Shown piece after piece: positions 36,869-51,764 of a stretch of 64,000 nucleotides of DNA. Each line of letters starts with the position of its first letter. Position 1 is the first letter of the stretch. Position numbers and translations under genes: made by a program. The notes beneath the pieces were generated by a model that saw only the letters and a list, made by a program, of their open reading frames with translations, was not told the DNA's origin and did no database searches. The DNA comes from Callorhinchus milii (lineage: Eukaryota), in NCBI RefSeq assembly GCF_018977255.1, contig NW_024704742.1, positions 32,614,001-32,678,000 on the forward strand, written 5' to 3'.

Positions 36869-39800
36869 TAGTGAGCTATCAGAGAATGTATGCAGGGTTC
36901 GTACAAAATGTAACCATGATCTGTTGATCTGCATGGATCGCTGCCAATAAGACAGTCAAACCTTTGCCTTTAAAATAGTTTTCATCATCTTTTGGACATG
37001 ATCTGTTTTTCATGGGTGAAGAATGGGACAGGAACATTCTTGAGCTCTCAAAAAACTTTCATCTATTTTTGAGGGCGTTCGCTAAAGTTCTGTGAATTGT
37101 TCAGCACAGAAGTGAGTGGTATTAACCGAGTAGAGTTTTGGGATGTTGAAAAATGGTACTGTCACACACAGGAGAACTTACACAGTGTTTAAACAAAGCA
37201 TTTTTATAAATCAACTTTTTAAATTAAATCATTCCTACCAGCCACATTTTTAATGAAAAAAAGCACACGAAAATAGCTCTGTCCAGCGCCTTGGGACATC
37301 CTCCCGACGTGAAAGGCGCTATACAAATGTAATCTTCTTGTTGTTGTTGTTTTAGATAGGCAGCAAGTGATTCAGGCTGTTTTCCTTTTGCTAAAAGCAT
37401 TCTTCTCAGTGATTTTGAGATTCAATGCTCACTCCAAATTTTCCATCACGTGAAACCGGTTTACCGTGCTGGAAGCAAGGTGAGATTAAATTAATGAACT
37501 TGGAGCTTTTAAAAAGCATTTATTTTGTTGACAAATGTTGTTAATGTTGACATCTTCTCCCCTTGGTGAACCTCACTGCTTATAATTTTTTTGTTAAATC
37601 CCCAAACTACTTTTACATTGTTTTGTACAGCCCAGAACTGCTTATAAGCAGTAAGTACTGCAATAGTGCATGTGTGATTTCTCTTTGCAGTAGGTTCTCA
37701 AGGCAAATTTTAGCAAGTTAGATTCCAGCACTACCCTATTATACATTCTGGAATCCCCAAGCCTTGGTTCTTGCCAACCTGTGTCTAAATAATTTCTGGA
37801 ATCAGGTAAAGGGGTGTGTCCCTCGATGGACAATTGTGCATTACAGACACAGGGACATTTCCACATGTAGGTGTCATATGTATATGAAACTGCCTGGTTT
37901 GAATACTCTTAAGCACGGTGATGGGTTTCCTCATGCATCTGTCATTGAACTGGGGAAAAAAGTCTGCAAGTTTTAAAGCAAGTTTTTAAAGCAAGATTTA
38001 TTTGGTCACTGGTGGTAAATAATATGTTTACATCCATGTATGCTTAGTCTTCAATGGAAATATGTTTAGTAATGAAAGCATTTTTAAAACTCATCTTTGC
38101 CATTCTTGCTAACTAATTTAAAGTCATTAAAGCTTCACATTTGAGTGACTGGTCATTAATCAGTATGCTAGTAAGTGTAGTAACTTGAATCTTATGTGAT
38201 AGGTAAGCAGAATACAGTAATTCAGTATCTCCTCCTACATGTTCATAGTAACAACTTTAATTAGGAGAAGATTATTGACCTATTGGATCACCTACGCAAT
38301 TTTCCACAAGATTTCTTGAACATATCTATCTAATAATACACTGAATAATTTTAGTTGCTAGGAGCTAATCTCATTCCTTTTTGAAAGTTTCCGATGATAT
38401 CCATATTGTTTGTTTTTTACTAACGCTTTTTCAATTTGGTCTCTGACTCCATTAATCTTCCTGACTGACTAATCAGGTCAATTAAGCAGAGCAGAATGGA
38501 GGTGCTCTGCTCCCCCACACCTCCACTGTGCTTCTAATCCTGCATCCAGTCAGTTGCTAATCCATAATTCCATATCTGGAATATTGCCCACATAACATCC
38601 TTGCTGAATCTAGTGCCAAACCCTTCGTTCGTGATTTTGACGATAGACGTTACAAATCCTCTCATGCAAAATGGTCAACTAGTGAAGAAGTGGCATGATT
38701 TGAAAATATATAGAATGATATAAAACATACAACAGAGCAAAAGCTTAATCAACATTTATTGCCTACTATGCTAGCTTTAATCTTTATAGGTAGCTTACTC
38801 TATCACCTTGCTCGTTCCTCAAAATATTATTTTCCTCAAGTATTTATCCAATTCCCTTTTTAAATGCTATCATGGGTTCAGTTTTAACAGGTATTCATGG
38901 TAAAACATCTCATGAATGCCTAACAATCGACCTGTGTATACCAATTATTTCTGCTTCTGGTGGTAATCTGCAATTAATACGCCTTTGTTCCTCACTCACT
39001 GATCAATGGAAGTAGTCTCTCTTACCCTATTAAAACAATTTATAATTTTAAAACCTGCTTAATTTCCACCCCCAACACACACAGGCACTATTTTCTGCCC
39101 CAGCTAAAACAATCTACACAAAACAATAACCTTGATTGTGAGATAATCTTAGTCAATCATTTTTAAAAAAAATAAATCTGTTTTATAATTTTAAATAAAA
39201 GTGAAAAAACCCTGGCCCAGAAAATCCCTTATTTGAGTTGTATTCTGCCTCCTTAACAGTGTTTTTTGAACAAAATGTATTCTAATTAGCAGTCCAGTGA
39301 CAAATCAGCCCAATTCTCATAGAATACACCTGAGCCTAAATTCCGTTTTCAAACTGGCTTCAAATATGCGTTCGCAATGCCTGTACAACTATAAGTGCTC
39401 CAAGACGATTCCCTGTGTAAAGGGAGTTATATAAATGCAAACTTTCATTTGCAAAATTTTTGCACACAGACTAAGTAAATATAACAAGAATGCCATATCG
39501 AAAAATATGTTAATTTGGTTACTTGATTAAATCAACACATAAATGATTGCATTGGTGACTATTAAAGTAACACTATCAAATTCTTTGGAAGCACATCCAT
39601 AGAATTTAAAGGGGAAAATGTTAGCCCTGTAGATTAGCTCTGCATATTACCAAAAGTATTTGGTATGATCACAAGCTTGTTGGCAATAAATGGAGAACAC
39701 TTCTGCACAGTAAAGGTCTGGAAGCGATTCAGAAGTGCAGCTGCCCAAAGGCATTGTTTGGTATCATGCCTATGACCTTGAGCATACAGCTTGGGTGTGA

Positions 39801-41543
39801 CTGGAAGAGGTCTCAAGATTCCAGGATGTTGGGTTTCTTCCTTGATCGAGCTGACAAGAGGTGGTTTTGAATCAGAGTGGTGATGTCCTAACATATAGTC
39901 AGTGTATTAACATGTAGTCAATGTGGTATGTATGTATATGCAGCCAGAGTATATAAATGTATAGCCACAGTGAATTGATGTACAGCCAATATGTTGTGTA
40001 GCCAGAGAGTATTATTCTTCGTCAGTCAGTGGAAGACTCATGTCTGAGTCAGGTGGTTGCGAGCTACATACTGTGATGGAAGGACAACAGGGTGGGTATT
40101 CTGGAGCCGTGAGATCAGATGGACCAAAGGGCTTTTTTCATACAAAACAATCTTATGATCTAGGTGACCTTGTGAAGCCTCAATATACCTTTGGAGAAAA
40201 CAAACCTTATCTTGTAAGAAAAAAGAACTTCAATTTTTATGCCTTAACATGGCAAGCTGAATTAATGGGCTTCACAATTTGACTTGAGTTTGCTCCAGCA
40301 GGTCACACAAACAGCCATGAAATTAAGGTTGGTCAGAACACCAAGAAAAACGACCTTCGTTTTTTCAAAGTATCATGGTAATTTTGATGCCCACCAGAAG
40401 ATAAACAAGCTGGAACTCAGTTTAACAATTCATCTAAAAGGCAGCACCTTCGACAATGCAGGACTGCACTGGAGTGTTTGCCCCAGAGGCGAGATTGCTA
40501 CCAACGGACTCAAACCAACATGTTTGGAGGTTCTTTATTCTTTGAAGATGCCTCCTTCACACACCATTAGTGTTGAGCCAGCCCTGGATGACATTCAAAA
40601 TATGTGGTGGCCAACATTCTGTCTTTATTTGATAATCTTATGCAGACCCACGTGTAAAAGATCTGCACCTATTTCAGAGCACCAGGTTTTGTTGGCCAAT
40701 ATCACCCATCCTCTAGCTTCACAGGCCCTTCACTACCATCCCAGTCAGCATACTTCATTTATTCTGGTCCTAACGTAATAATATTCTTGCACTAAATATA
40801 ATATCAAAGTATCATTGCTATTATTTGTAGTGACTGTAAACACATCAACTGCTATGTGCAGCAATGCTCCACAAAGCCATAAAACAAATAAACAACTGTG
40901 TATTGAAGATTGTCCTATCGAAAGGATGGGATCTCTGCCAATGCAGAATTTCCCAGGAGTCAGCCTAGACTATAAACTCAAGGCCAAATTTGGGACATGA
41001 ACCCAGCACTTTCTGATCCAGAGGGACACATGTTATCATTTTAGCCAGGCTAACACTAAGAAGCTCTGCTCTATGTCAGTTTGCCCAGAAGAACCCAAGG
41101 TCCAATTTGATAGCACTTGCTTCCAACATCTCTTGAGATGTTAGCTCACAAAACTGAATGATTTGCCCACAAAATATGCAGTTAAATTCACTTTACACTA
41201 TATTCTGTGAAGTGCGTTAAGTCATCTCAACGACTTGATAAGGTGCTATATCAAAAAAAAAGCATGGTAAGGATTAACTATTAAATAAGCACCAGCAGTT
41301 TTTTGATTAATACTAATATTATTGATAAAAATATGGAACAGGAGAAAATAACGTAGCCCAAAGGCAGAATGCTGCAGAACATATTGTTTACAATGGATTT
41401 GTAAAATAATGCAGTTCACAAGGAGTTGAATGTATTATCTCAGTAGAAGAATGTGCTTCAGGGCTCAAAAAAATCTACTATCTGAGGCATTTTACAGCAC
41501 AGGAGTCGGGAGAAACGTGGCGGCATAAAGCTTCACAATAACC

Positions 41544-41917
41544 ATGTGGAGTCCCGTAGTTCAGTGGTTAGAGCACTCGCTTTCCAAGCGAGAGACTTGG
41601 ATTCGATTCCCGGCAGGGTGAAACCTTGGGCAAGTTTCCTTACTCCACATGGCTGATAATAATACCTCAAGAAAAGAAAACAATAATAAATTGGTTACTT
41701 CAATTCACAAAATATGCAGTCAATTCACTTTACAGTATATACTGTGAAGCGCTTTGAGACATCCAGAAGACGTGAAAAGCACTATATCAAATGCGAGGAT
41801 TATTATTATTTTGCCCACAAAATACGCAGTCAATTCACTTTACAGTATATTCTGTGAAGCGCTTTGAAATGCCTCGACGTGATAAGGTGCTTTATCAAAT
41901 GCAATAATAATAATAAT
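41544..41917 (+). mobile_element. Deletion-variant SINE followed by a second 5'-truncated SINE tail
   Basis: Two tandem tails at 41705-41810 and 41811-41917. Confidence 0.83.
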
Positions 41918-43569
41918 GTGACACTGTCAAAAATGTCATGAAGGTGGCAGTCATCCACCATGTCTTTCACATTCTTCGGAATGTGATCCAGACTTGGCTC
42001 GAGGGCAGTTAGTGGTTTGTGGAGAGCTCAGAGTGAAAGTGAATGGAGCTTTGAACAGCTTATCTATCAGGTCAGGGGAAGTTTGTCTAGCGCAGATTAG
42101 TTCAGGAAGGCAAATTGTGATTTCCTTATTTTTCGGCTCATGGTTGTAACCAACAGTTAAAGAAATGATTCATGTTTGCAGAAGAATTGGGAGAATGTAC
42201 ATCATTTTCTACGTACCCTATGCAAGCAGGGTTTGCAACTAAATGTTGCGAAATGAATTGAGAAAGACCACAGTGTACAGTGAAGGCCTGAACTAGGTGA
42301 GACATGAAGGCCGAGTCTTGAATTGGAACACGTTGTATACAGCTGTCTCTTGCACGTTGTCCATGCTCAGTACCACACTTTGGCAACAAGCCCAGAAATG
42401 AAGAAACTATAACTGGTAAGCTTCAACCCTGACATGACTGCGTTTCAAATTCATGTCTGCACATTCCTATTTTACTACGCATTTGGGAAAGCATATCCCA
42501 GGTGGTTCACACTTAATCTGTAGAAACTTACAGACAGACAACTTGGCAGTTCATCCATTTCTGGCCAGAAGCCAATTGAGGTACCCATCCAAACTTAATT
42601 CATAGAACTGCTCTATTAAAGTAAACATTATACAGTATGATAGATGTGTGTGTGCAGTTACTACAGTGGGACAGTAGTGCCTTGTTCTCACGTGCAGTGA
42701 ACAGATATTTTGGTTACAACCTACAACAACAATTTTAAATGTATGCAGCACCTTTTATGTTGGGAGGATTTCTTAAAGCGCTTCACAATTCACTACACAG
42801 ACTGCTCTACATCACTGAAAGATAAGCCTTAAATAGTTCCTTCTCCCAGAAATTTCCAGAATCAAAATAATCTCCCTAGCCTGTCCCAAATTGTAATGAG
42901 CTGAAAGATGTAGTCCAGGCTGACATTCCTGTGGAGTATTGGGGGAGACTTCCATTTTTGGAGGTGTCATCCCTCAGAAGATGCATTAACCAGGTCCCAT
43001 TTTTAAACCAAGGTCCCATAACTATTATTATCGTTACAATGCTAAAACGTCCATTACATGTGGGCTGCGGCGGGAGTAAATTTGCTACCACATTCATCTA
43101 CATCAAAAAATACACATAGTTTCTAATTAATCTCATTCAAAAGAGGGAGTTCAGATTTTTCATTCACTGAAAAAGCTCAATATAGATATAGGTTCTTGGT
43201 GTTGTATGAAGTTCTCCTCATGAATCCCATTCTGAGGTTGTGACTCCCTGTTGATTATGTTACCGAAGAGACATTTTCTACATCACATCAGTTCACTCAG
43301 GCAATTGCACAGTTTTCTTAGGAATAAACATCGGAGATATTTAAATCACTTGAATGTTCAGAACCACTATTTATCTTGTCTTACTGCTTCAGAGGGCAGC
43401 CTTTGCCTTGGGCACATTGTGATTTGAATGAACATTTTGTTACCTCTGGATTGACATCACCTACCCAAGATGTGCTTTTACCCAGCACAGCACAGTAAAG
43501 AGATGCACTGTGTTTGTCGGCCAAAATAATTTGAGCGATATATAGTAATAAATCTAGCCACCCTCAACT

Positions 43570-43890
43570 CATAGGAACATAGGAATATATGAACAGGAGG
43601 AAGCCAATCAGCCCTTCGAGCCTGCTCCGCTATTTAATTAGATCATGGCTGATCTGTATCTCAGCTAATTCTTTCAATTTGAATTTCCTGCTTTCTCCCC
43701 ATATCCCTTGATACCTTGACCTACCAAAATCTATTAACCTCACTCTTGAAGGTGTGGGTGGATCCAGCATTCACAGCCTTTTGGGGGAGAGAATATCAGA
43801 TTTCTACTACCTTTTGAGTGAAAAAATGCTTCCTGATTTCACTCTTAAATGACCTGGTTCTAATTTTAAGACTATGCCACCTTGTTTCAG
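43570..43890 (-). mobile_element. CR1-type LINE 3' fragment
   Basis: cataggaacatagga tail; SEIRKHFFTQKVVEIW-like remnant. Confidence 0.8.
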
Positions 43891-45614
43891 AAAAAATAAA
43901 TGTCATCTTTGTGCCATTTGATCTGCAGTTTCCTGTAAGAAACTGATTGTTTACATTGACCTTCACTGAGTGGAAGAGGTAGACAGAAACAATACAGTAC
44001 AAATTTATATTTATGTAGCATCTTTCACATCAGGAGGATGTCCCAAAGGGCATGAAAGCGCATGCTCAAAGATGTAGGAGACGGACCTTAATGAAGAGGG
44101 AGGGAGGGAGGGAGAGAAAAGGCCAGGGAATGCAATCTTGACTGGCTGATGAAAAGTATCACCTCCAGTTTCCTGAATGTAGACTACCCTGTGTTATTTT
44201 AGAGGATTTTACATACTTACAATATAAAAACAAACATTCGTTTATCACTTCGTCAGCCACTGAGAGATGCTCAGACACGTACAGATTTCAAAACTATTCT
44301 TTCATTCATACAAATCTCAGCAGAAGTGTCACTTTTATCAATTTGCCTCACTTTGTATTCACGAATGAAGCAGCACAATAGACACATGCCTATTCTGTGA
44401 GTTGCAAAAATCATGTGTTTCAGCCTGACTCAGTTAGTAGCACTCTTGCCTTTGAGTCTGAAGGTTACGGGTTCAAGCCCCACATGGGTGGACCCTCCGA
44501 GGTACCATCTGCCTGTCAAAGTAACGATCCCATGACACTATTCGAAAAGAGAAAGGAGTTTCTCTCTATGTCCTGTACAACACTCCTTCAGGTTGGTCAA
44601 CTATTCCTTTATGGCTGTTTGAGAGAGCGTTCTGATGCTGCCCCAGCTTCCCTACAAAAACACTCGCAAAACTCGACAGAAATTATTTTTTTTTAAAGAT
44701 ATTTTGATATAAGTTACTTTAAAACTGTAATTTTTTTCTTTCAATGTTGCTTGCAATCATGACACCAATGATTGCCCTTTGAGAAACAAAACCCCTGGAA
44801 GCAGGACTTCTAACTTTTAAATCTATTATTAGGTGGGTATGTTGCAGTGAGGGGAAAAAGACTAGGAAGAGGGGAATCTATGGAGGCTTTTCCTGCAGAG
44901 TTCTAAAGAAAATAAAACCATAAGCACTCTCCCAAGCCATATGAAGAAAACATAAACTTTTCCTTAGGATAGCTGCAACTGAAAAGCTACATACATCACT
45001 TTCTCAGAAATCAGTTGGGCGTTGCATTGCAGGAGATTGCTAGGGCAAGACCTCCTTTTGTGTGAGCTTCCCCCGCTTGCTGTCCACTGCCAGCACATTA
45101 CACTCCAGTGAATTGAGTGTTCACAAGCTCTCTCTGGAACGTGAGTTGTCAAATCAAAATGCAGAATTGGGGAACGGGCGTTCAGGAGCCAGTTCTGATG
45201 AAAAGCAAGTTGAACGTGGCAGCTGCTTTGGCAATCCATGCGCCGAGAGGAGACAAGACCATTTCGAACAGCTCAATACTGCTTTCTTTTTTTACACCAC
45301 ATCAAAGCTAAAGGACTGTGTAACACATGGGAATGACTAACACCCTACATTGAGTTCTGACAGTTTAATAGTCCATCAATCCCTTCTCACTCCTCAGGAC
45401 ATTGTACTAATAATACTGCATTTATTTACCTCGTGCTGTTTGGTCTGATACAAATGCTTGCGGCTGCAAATGCCATTTTTCTGGCACCCTCATGTAGTTT
45501 TCGTATTGTTGGTCTGGCCTCAGTTCCTTCCCCAGAGATTGGGGCAGCCTAACAGCTGGAACTGAGAAAAAAATTGCGCCGTTATTTTCAAACTCAACAA
45601 ATTTCTGGTATGTG

Positions 45615-45878
45615 ATTGCGTGCCTTCAGCTTCTCTCCCACCCTTTGGAAATCCATCCCACATTCCCTTCGTCTCACTTGTTACCTTGACTCCTTTAAGG
45701 CACGTCTCAAAACCCTTCTCTTTGACCGCACAATCAGCCACCCTCCTACCTTCCCTACCCTCCACCCTCTCTTATCCCAAACCCCCAGCTTGGGTCCCAA
45801 TCCCTGACTGTCCAGCACCTTGGGATGTCCTCCCCGACTTGAAAGGCGCTCTACAAATGTAATTTTGTATTGTATCTG
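45615..45878 (+). mobile_element. L2 3' end
   Basis: RAFSFSPTLWKSIP...FKARLKTLLF remnant plus terminal stem-loop. Confidence 0.8.
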
Positions 45879-46557
45879 CATTGGGTGGGGGTAAAAGAGA
45901 ATTCTGTTTATAGTTTTTCAAAATGTGTAGCCAGGAATTTGTATGTGGTCTTTACCCACTTGCCCATGTTTGGAATCTGTACAATGCCGGGGGTTTTGAG
46001 AAGAGGATCCTTCACTATAGAATGTTCTAGTTTCTAGACCAGAGATCAGGGCTGTCTGTTGTTGAATGGTTATCAAAACTGGGGTTTTACACTCTCCCTG
46101 TGCTCGGCAAATTTCAGAGCTGGTACAATTCTGGCCTTCTCGAGCTGCGTAAACAGCCAATTGATTCAGTGCAGCCCAGGGATACAGGAAAATGATCAGG
46201 GAATTACAGGCTGCAAGCCACTGAGCGCATATAAAATAACTGATCACTCTCAATCTATGACTGTTTGTGGGACACTGCTGGGCACAATTGGCTGCTGGGC
46301 ACAATTTTGCCCCCAAAATACAGTCAAATCCACTTTGCAATATATTCTGTGAAATCTCAACATGATAAGGCGCTATATAAATTGGAAAGATTATTATTAT
46401 TACCTGGTCTACCATTGTCAGTCAGCCTTTCAGACCATCTGGTCCCACACTCTGGAACTCCTTGTTGGGAGTCCCTATGATTCACCCCTTCCTCATCACT
46501 TTCAAGGCTCGCCTCAAGACCTTCTTCTTTGACTGTACTTCAAGTCATTCTTCCTGT

Positions 46558-46710
46558 AGTGGAGTCCTGTAGCTCAATTGCTGGGCGCAATTGCCTGCTA
46601 CGATTTGCCCACAAAATATACAGTAAATTCAGTTTACAGTATATTCTGTGAAGCGCTTTGAGACGTCTCGAAGATGTGATAAGGCGCTATTTCAAATCCA
46701 AGGATTATTT
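46558..46710 (+). mobile_element. Heavily deleted SINE inserted in an L2 3' end (46415-46825)
   Basis: ggagtcctgtagctca joined directly to the 3' body and tail; L2 sequence on both sides. Confidence 0.7.
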
Positions 46711-46949
46711 TTCCCCTTCACCTCCACCCCCAGATCAGATGCAAGCTCTCGACTGACCATTACCTTGAGACGTCATCCCGGCTTGAAAAGCGCTCTATAA
46801 ATGTAAATTCGTTATTGTCGTCAATAATCCGAGCCTTTTGATACAAGTGAGTCAGTCGTCTGTCTATCAGCTAGCTCTTCTCTGGTTTCTTTGGTTGAGG
46901 AATTGGGAGGGGGATGTAAGAAAGCTTTTCCCAAAAAAAGACAATAAGA

Positions 46950-49900
46950 TTCAATGTAAATGTTTTTATTGTTTGTTTACATAGTTTATAGCTTTCACCA
47001 CAGCTACTGTACATCAGCAGTGAATGCTGTAACTATTCATGCCTTAACTAAAACATCTAGAAACCAAAGTATTAAAATAAATATTTTTTGGCAAATGTCC
47101 TACTACGAGCATCTCGTGCAAGCATCACTTCCCACATACAGAAAATCCAAGTAGAACATTGAAAGAGGAAGTCTAGCATTTTGGTCAGGTTGCAAGGCAT
47201 TAGTGGCTCAGACTTCTGATGTAATGTTACATCCTGGTTACATACTAGCAGCAATAAACTGGAATTGATTTGGTGAGTTCTTTCAAACGACTGTGTAGCA
47301 CAAGCAAACAAACAGCAAAAAAACAAATATTGAGTGCTTGCATTTGAACCCCAAGTAGGTTCATTGGAAACCAAGTTCACAGTAGTGTAATTCCAGAATT
47401 AGAATATTGTAGAACCCCCTCAGATGATTATCCGGTATGTAACACACTCAAAACACCTGCTTTCACACTTCACTCATTTCAATTTTGAAACTTTTAAACT
47501 CTACATTTCCTGCTCTGCAACAGCACAATTTGACCTAATGACTTGCGCAACAATACCCAAAATCTAATTTACTCTTTCATGCCAATAAGAAAGGTTTAGA
47601 ATTATTTATTTATTAATTCACAGTGAAATGTCACTTTCAGCACAAATGTGCAGAAGATGACCAGAGCATTGAGAAAGGATTGATTCACTGCTTTCTAACA
47701 ATGCTGAAGAATCATATGCCATTATTGTTCAGAACACATTGTCCTTCCAAAGTTAATCACTTCTTAAAAACTCACCAGTTTTATTAATTTACATCTGCAC
47801 AGCACTGGAGTCACATATGTATGAACAAAATACCAGTACCACCTGCAGCTGTACTTTAGCTTACAACAACAGATAACACACAATTTATAGCCTGGTTTCA
47901 AACAGGCATAAGTTACAAAACAATATGTGTTAGATTAAGTTTTTATTTTTAATGCAGTCTCTGGTTTTGACCAGACACTGTACTTTTAGCAGTTGCATGT
48001 TACTCAGATTAAGGTACATTTGATATAGTATGTACACATATTGTCTTGCCAAAAATATCTGTGTGATCAATCCCGTGACTGTACAGTACAACTGAAAAAA
48101 TTCCTTTTTGACCTAAAACACTGATGTCCTTTCTAACCTAACATACAGCTCCTCAATACATAAAAAAATTAAGTTTAATTCAAACATACTCATAACAGTC
48201 CTTTAGAGGAATATGTGCAAGCAACCTTCTATCACTGCCTTCAATAATACATTAGTAAGGTTTGTAGGTTATAAAATGTCACATTAAAAGTTTAAAACCG
48301 TTATATATTTTTGCACAACCTGTACAAACAAAACCAGTTGAATTCATAATGCAGCACGCATTTGTCACAAGGGTAACAGATCTATATATAGCATCAATCA
48401 TAATAAATGTACAATACGGAATACAGTATTTACAATGTAATATACACAGTATAATAAAAGCACTAGTGGAAGGATCTGCATGCAAGACATTGGAATGAAT
48501 CAGCTACATTTTCAACAATGCAAAGTCACAAAATGCTTTTTCGGACATGATCAACTGCTTCAATTGTGATAGAATACTTAACAAAATTTATGATTTGAGC
48601 AATATTAACTTGTTTGAGAAAGTCACAACAGTTTACTTGACATTTATTATTAAATATTACATGTACCCTCTTGCCACTCCTAGGGAACAAAAGTTTAGCA
48701 GCACTGTTCAAACCACTAGTATTACCAAAGGAGCATCATACTGCCCACACAAAATCACAGCTAAATTAGTGCTCGTTTACAGTAAATGTACACAAATGTA
48801 ATGAATAATTAAGAGCGATTAATAGATTTCCACTGATTAATTCACTTTTTTCCCCAATGAAAGACAACTAGCATAAAATGATATTTTGGCTGAATTAAAT
48901 TGTTAAAATCTAAATCTGCACTTGTGCACCTGTATCCTGAAACCTGCCTGGCTGCAGCACTGGTTCCAGTCAAGCTGTGAAAGCTGATTCTAGCAATGCA
49001 GATATCCGAACACTAGCTTCACTGTAATGCTGGTGGGTTTGGGAACGCACAGGTATTGCAAGACCAGCATTGAACCAGGTTTGGTTCGAAATGATTGTGT
49101 TAAGTGAATGTTCCAAAAGGATTCCTGATTTTATCATTTTGGGTTAAATTCTCTCCTCCCAAATTTCATAATAATCCTTGCAATTGATATAGTGCCTTAT
49201 CATGTTGTTGAGAGATCTCAAGCGCTTTATAATTCTGTAAGTGGATTGATTGTATATTTTGTGAGCAAAACACACAACGAAAGCAGCAGTGTCCCAAAAA
49301 CAGTTGTAGATTAAGTGAACAAATTATTGGTAGTAATTTATTTTTGATGGGATTATTACCCCCTGAAAGCAATCTGCCAATTAACTAACAACTGGGTTCC
49401 TACTTACTGCTAGGTAAACAGAGACATTTGGAGTAAGGGAACTTGCTTAACGTTTCACCCTGGCCGGGGATCAAAGCCAGGACTTCCTGCTTCAGAGGCG
49501 ATTGCTCTAACCAATACTCTACAGGATCCCCAATTTTTTCCCTCTTATGACTAAAAAAAACCCCCTGGGGTTAAAACAATTTTCATGTTTCCTTGAAAGA
49601 TCTTCATTTTCTGTAAGGTGGGCCACAGTGGAGTGAAATCAGATGACATGGCAAGGACTAGTAGTCAAAGTTATAAACAAAATGGTAATAGCAAAAGAAT
49701 GCAAAACAAATAATAATAATAATAAACAAAGAGGCAAGGTTAAACAATACAAATCATATGTTAAGCTTCAGTTACAATACTGTTTGCAGTTTTGTGCTCT
49801 CCACACAAGTGTTGAAAAATATGAGGTTTGATAAGATAAATCCACTTGTCTGTGAGGAAGTAACAAGAATATAAATTGAAGATCACCACCAAAATAGGAA

Positions 49901-51022
49901 GAAGTTAAGATTATTTTTCGGGAGATTGACAGAATTTGGAATGTCCTACCAACAGATGGTTCAACGAGAATCTGTCATAGCTTTTTTCATTTAAAGAGAA
50001 TTAGACAGATTTGACGGGAGTTGACTGTCCAATACATTTGGGGTAAAAGATACAGAGACAGCACTCTTAATTACATTATATATTAGGAACTTGGGAAGAA
50101 ATTCCACACCCTCTAAATTCTGATCTTTGCTAAAAGGATATTCACGTCATGTCAGTGCCGTTATACTACTAAGTGCAGTGATTTGTCCCAGTCATTTTCA
50201 AAGGAATTTCACATCCTAGATTTCAGCTGAAATGGCACAAATGTGATCCGTAATGAAGATTACCGTAATATAAATTGAAATTCATATTACGACATATGAA
50301 TTGAGATGTCTAGAAGCCATGAAAAGCGCCATATCAAATGCAAGGATTATTGTTATTTAAATAATGTAGGTGCAACAAGCAGAAACTAACCTCAGCGACA
50401 CTTCCTGCAAATAACATGCAATGGGTAACAAAGGATGGCAGTGGTGGACTGATGACCTGAAAGACCTGAAAGCCATTTTCAGGCGTGTCTCTCAAAGCAA
50501 ATCCACGCTCATTTGGGTCATATACATAACAGAAGCACTGCCAGAACTAAAAAAAATAGAATTGATCATAGTATCTTTGCATTGTTGTACCAAGCTAACA
50601 ATTCTAACACTATACAATCATTGTTACTTGAAGCTCAAATCATATTTGATGCAACATTAAGAGTTTTTACAATGTTAAGAGATTTTGTCTATCTAGGTAA
50701 AGCGCTTCACAGAATATACTGCAATTACATAGCAACATCAATTAGCTTCTATGGTAGTGAGCAGTATGGTGAATCTAAAATTCCTTTTGCCTCTTCCATG
50801 TATTGGTAGTTATTAAATCCTTTCTTAAAAGGACATAGCAACAAAAATGCTGGCTAGCTGCCTTTTTAATTCACATTACAACTTCTAACAGAACAAATGT
50901 TCACCATATGAAAATATTGTTTACTGTAAATATATCTTTTACCAGCCTATTTTGCTTTCCAGTTTTGTGTTCTATTGACCAGTGATTAGCATATAGACTA
51001 TTGCCCATTTATATTCACAACA
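46950..51022 (-). other. PPM1K: Putative long PPM1K 3' UTR (end uncertain)
   Basis: AT-rich sequence after the stop, with AATAAA on the - strand near 47945, 47782, 47607 and 46967. No transcript evidence. Confidence 0.35.
49168..49530 (-). mobile_element. tRNA-head SINE, full length (within the putative PPM1K 3' UTR)
   Basis: Same family. Confidence 0.82.
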
Positions 51023-51154
51023 TTATGCCCATCTTCCACTTGAGACAAAGCTTCGGCTGAATGAGAAACAGATGTCAGAATTCTTGTGTTTCCCCCATGC
51101 ACCAAATGGAACCACAATAAGAGTGGTGTTGTCCTCTGTACCGTACTGCAAGGC
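51023..51154 (-). CDS. PPM1K: PPM1K last coding exon ([22 protein letters not shown]...[14 protein letters not shown])
   Basis: ttgcag| acceptor, G.EDN motif, characteristic SSGRWA* C-terminus. Confidence 0.95.
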   Translation of the reverse strand, partial: ALQYGTEDNTTLIVVPFGAWGKHKNSDICFSFSRSFVSSGRWA

Positions 51155-51764
51155 CTGCAAAAACAAAGGGTATCGTTACACCGCTAAAGTGAAACATTCC
51201 CACTGGTAAAATACACTTAAAAACGCCCCATCAACATGGTAACAGTTTCAGGCAGAAAGAGTTCATTGGTCTATCTAACCTACTCCTCTAATTTTCCAAA
51301 ATACTCCTTCAGAAAATGTATTTCTTAGAATTTTATTGCTGAATTCTTTTAACTTCCAGGAATTTGTCTAGTTCCTTTTTAAAAACCTTTAGTTCCTTTT
51401 CCACTTCCAATGTTTGGTACTTAACCCCTTTACTAAAATATCCTACATTCTGCACTTCCTATTCTCTTTTGTCGTCTTTGTTTTGAAGCTATTAACTTTA
51501 TTGTCAGAGGTGCCGTCCTTCAGATGAAACATTAATGCAAGGTTCCCCCATCTGCCTGTTTAGGTGAACATGAAAGAACCCAGTGCACTGTTCAAAAAAA
51601 GAGATTGGAGTTTTTCCTGGTGAGGTCAGCAATTCCTCAAATAAAATTTATTTCACTTGTGGCTGTTTCTGTGACTTTGCTGTGTGCAAATTGGCTGCTG
51701 GGTTTGTCTACAAACAGAGAGACTATCATTTAAAGAAACTTGGTGAAGCATTTTGAGACATTTG

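Noticed and set aside
39634..40778. ORFs between INTS12 and PPM1K as an additional gene
   Set aside because: No recognisable homology or consistent splice signals; partly SINE-derived
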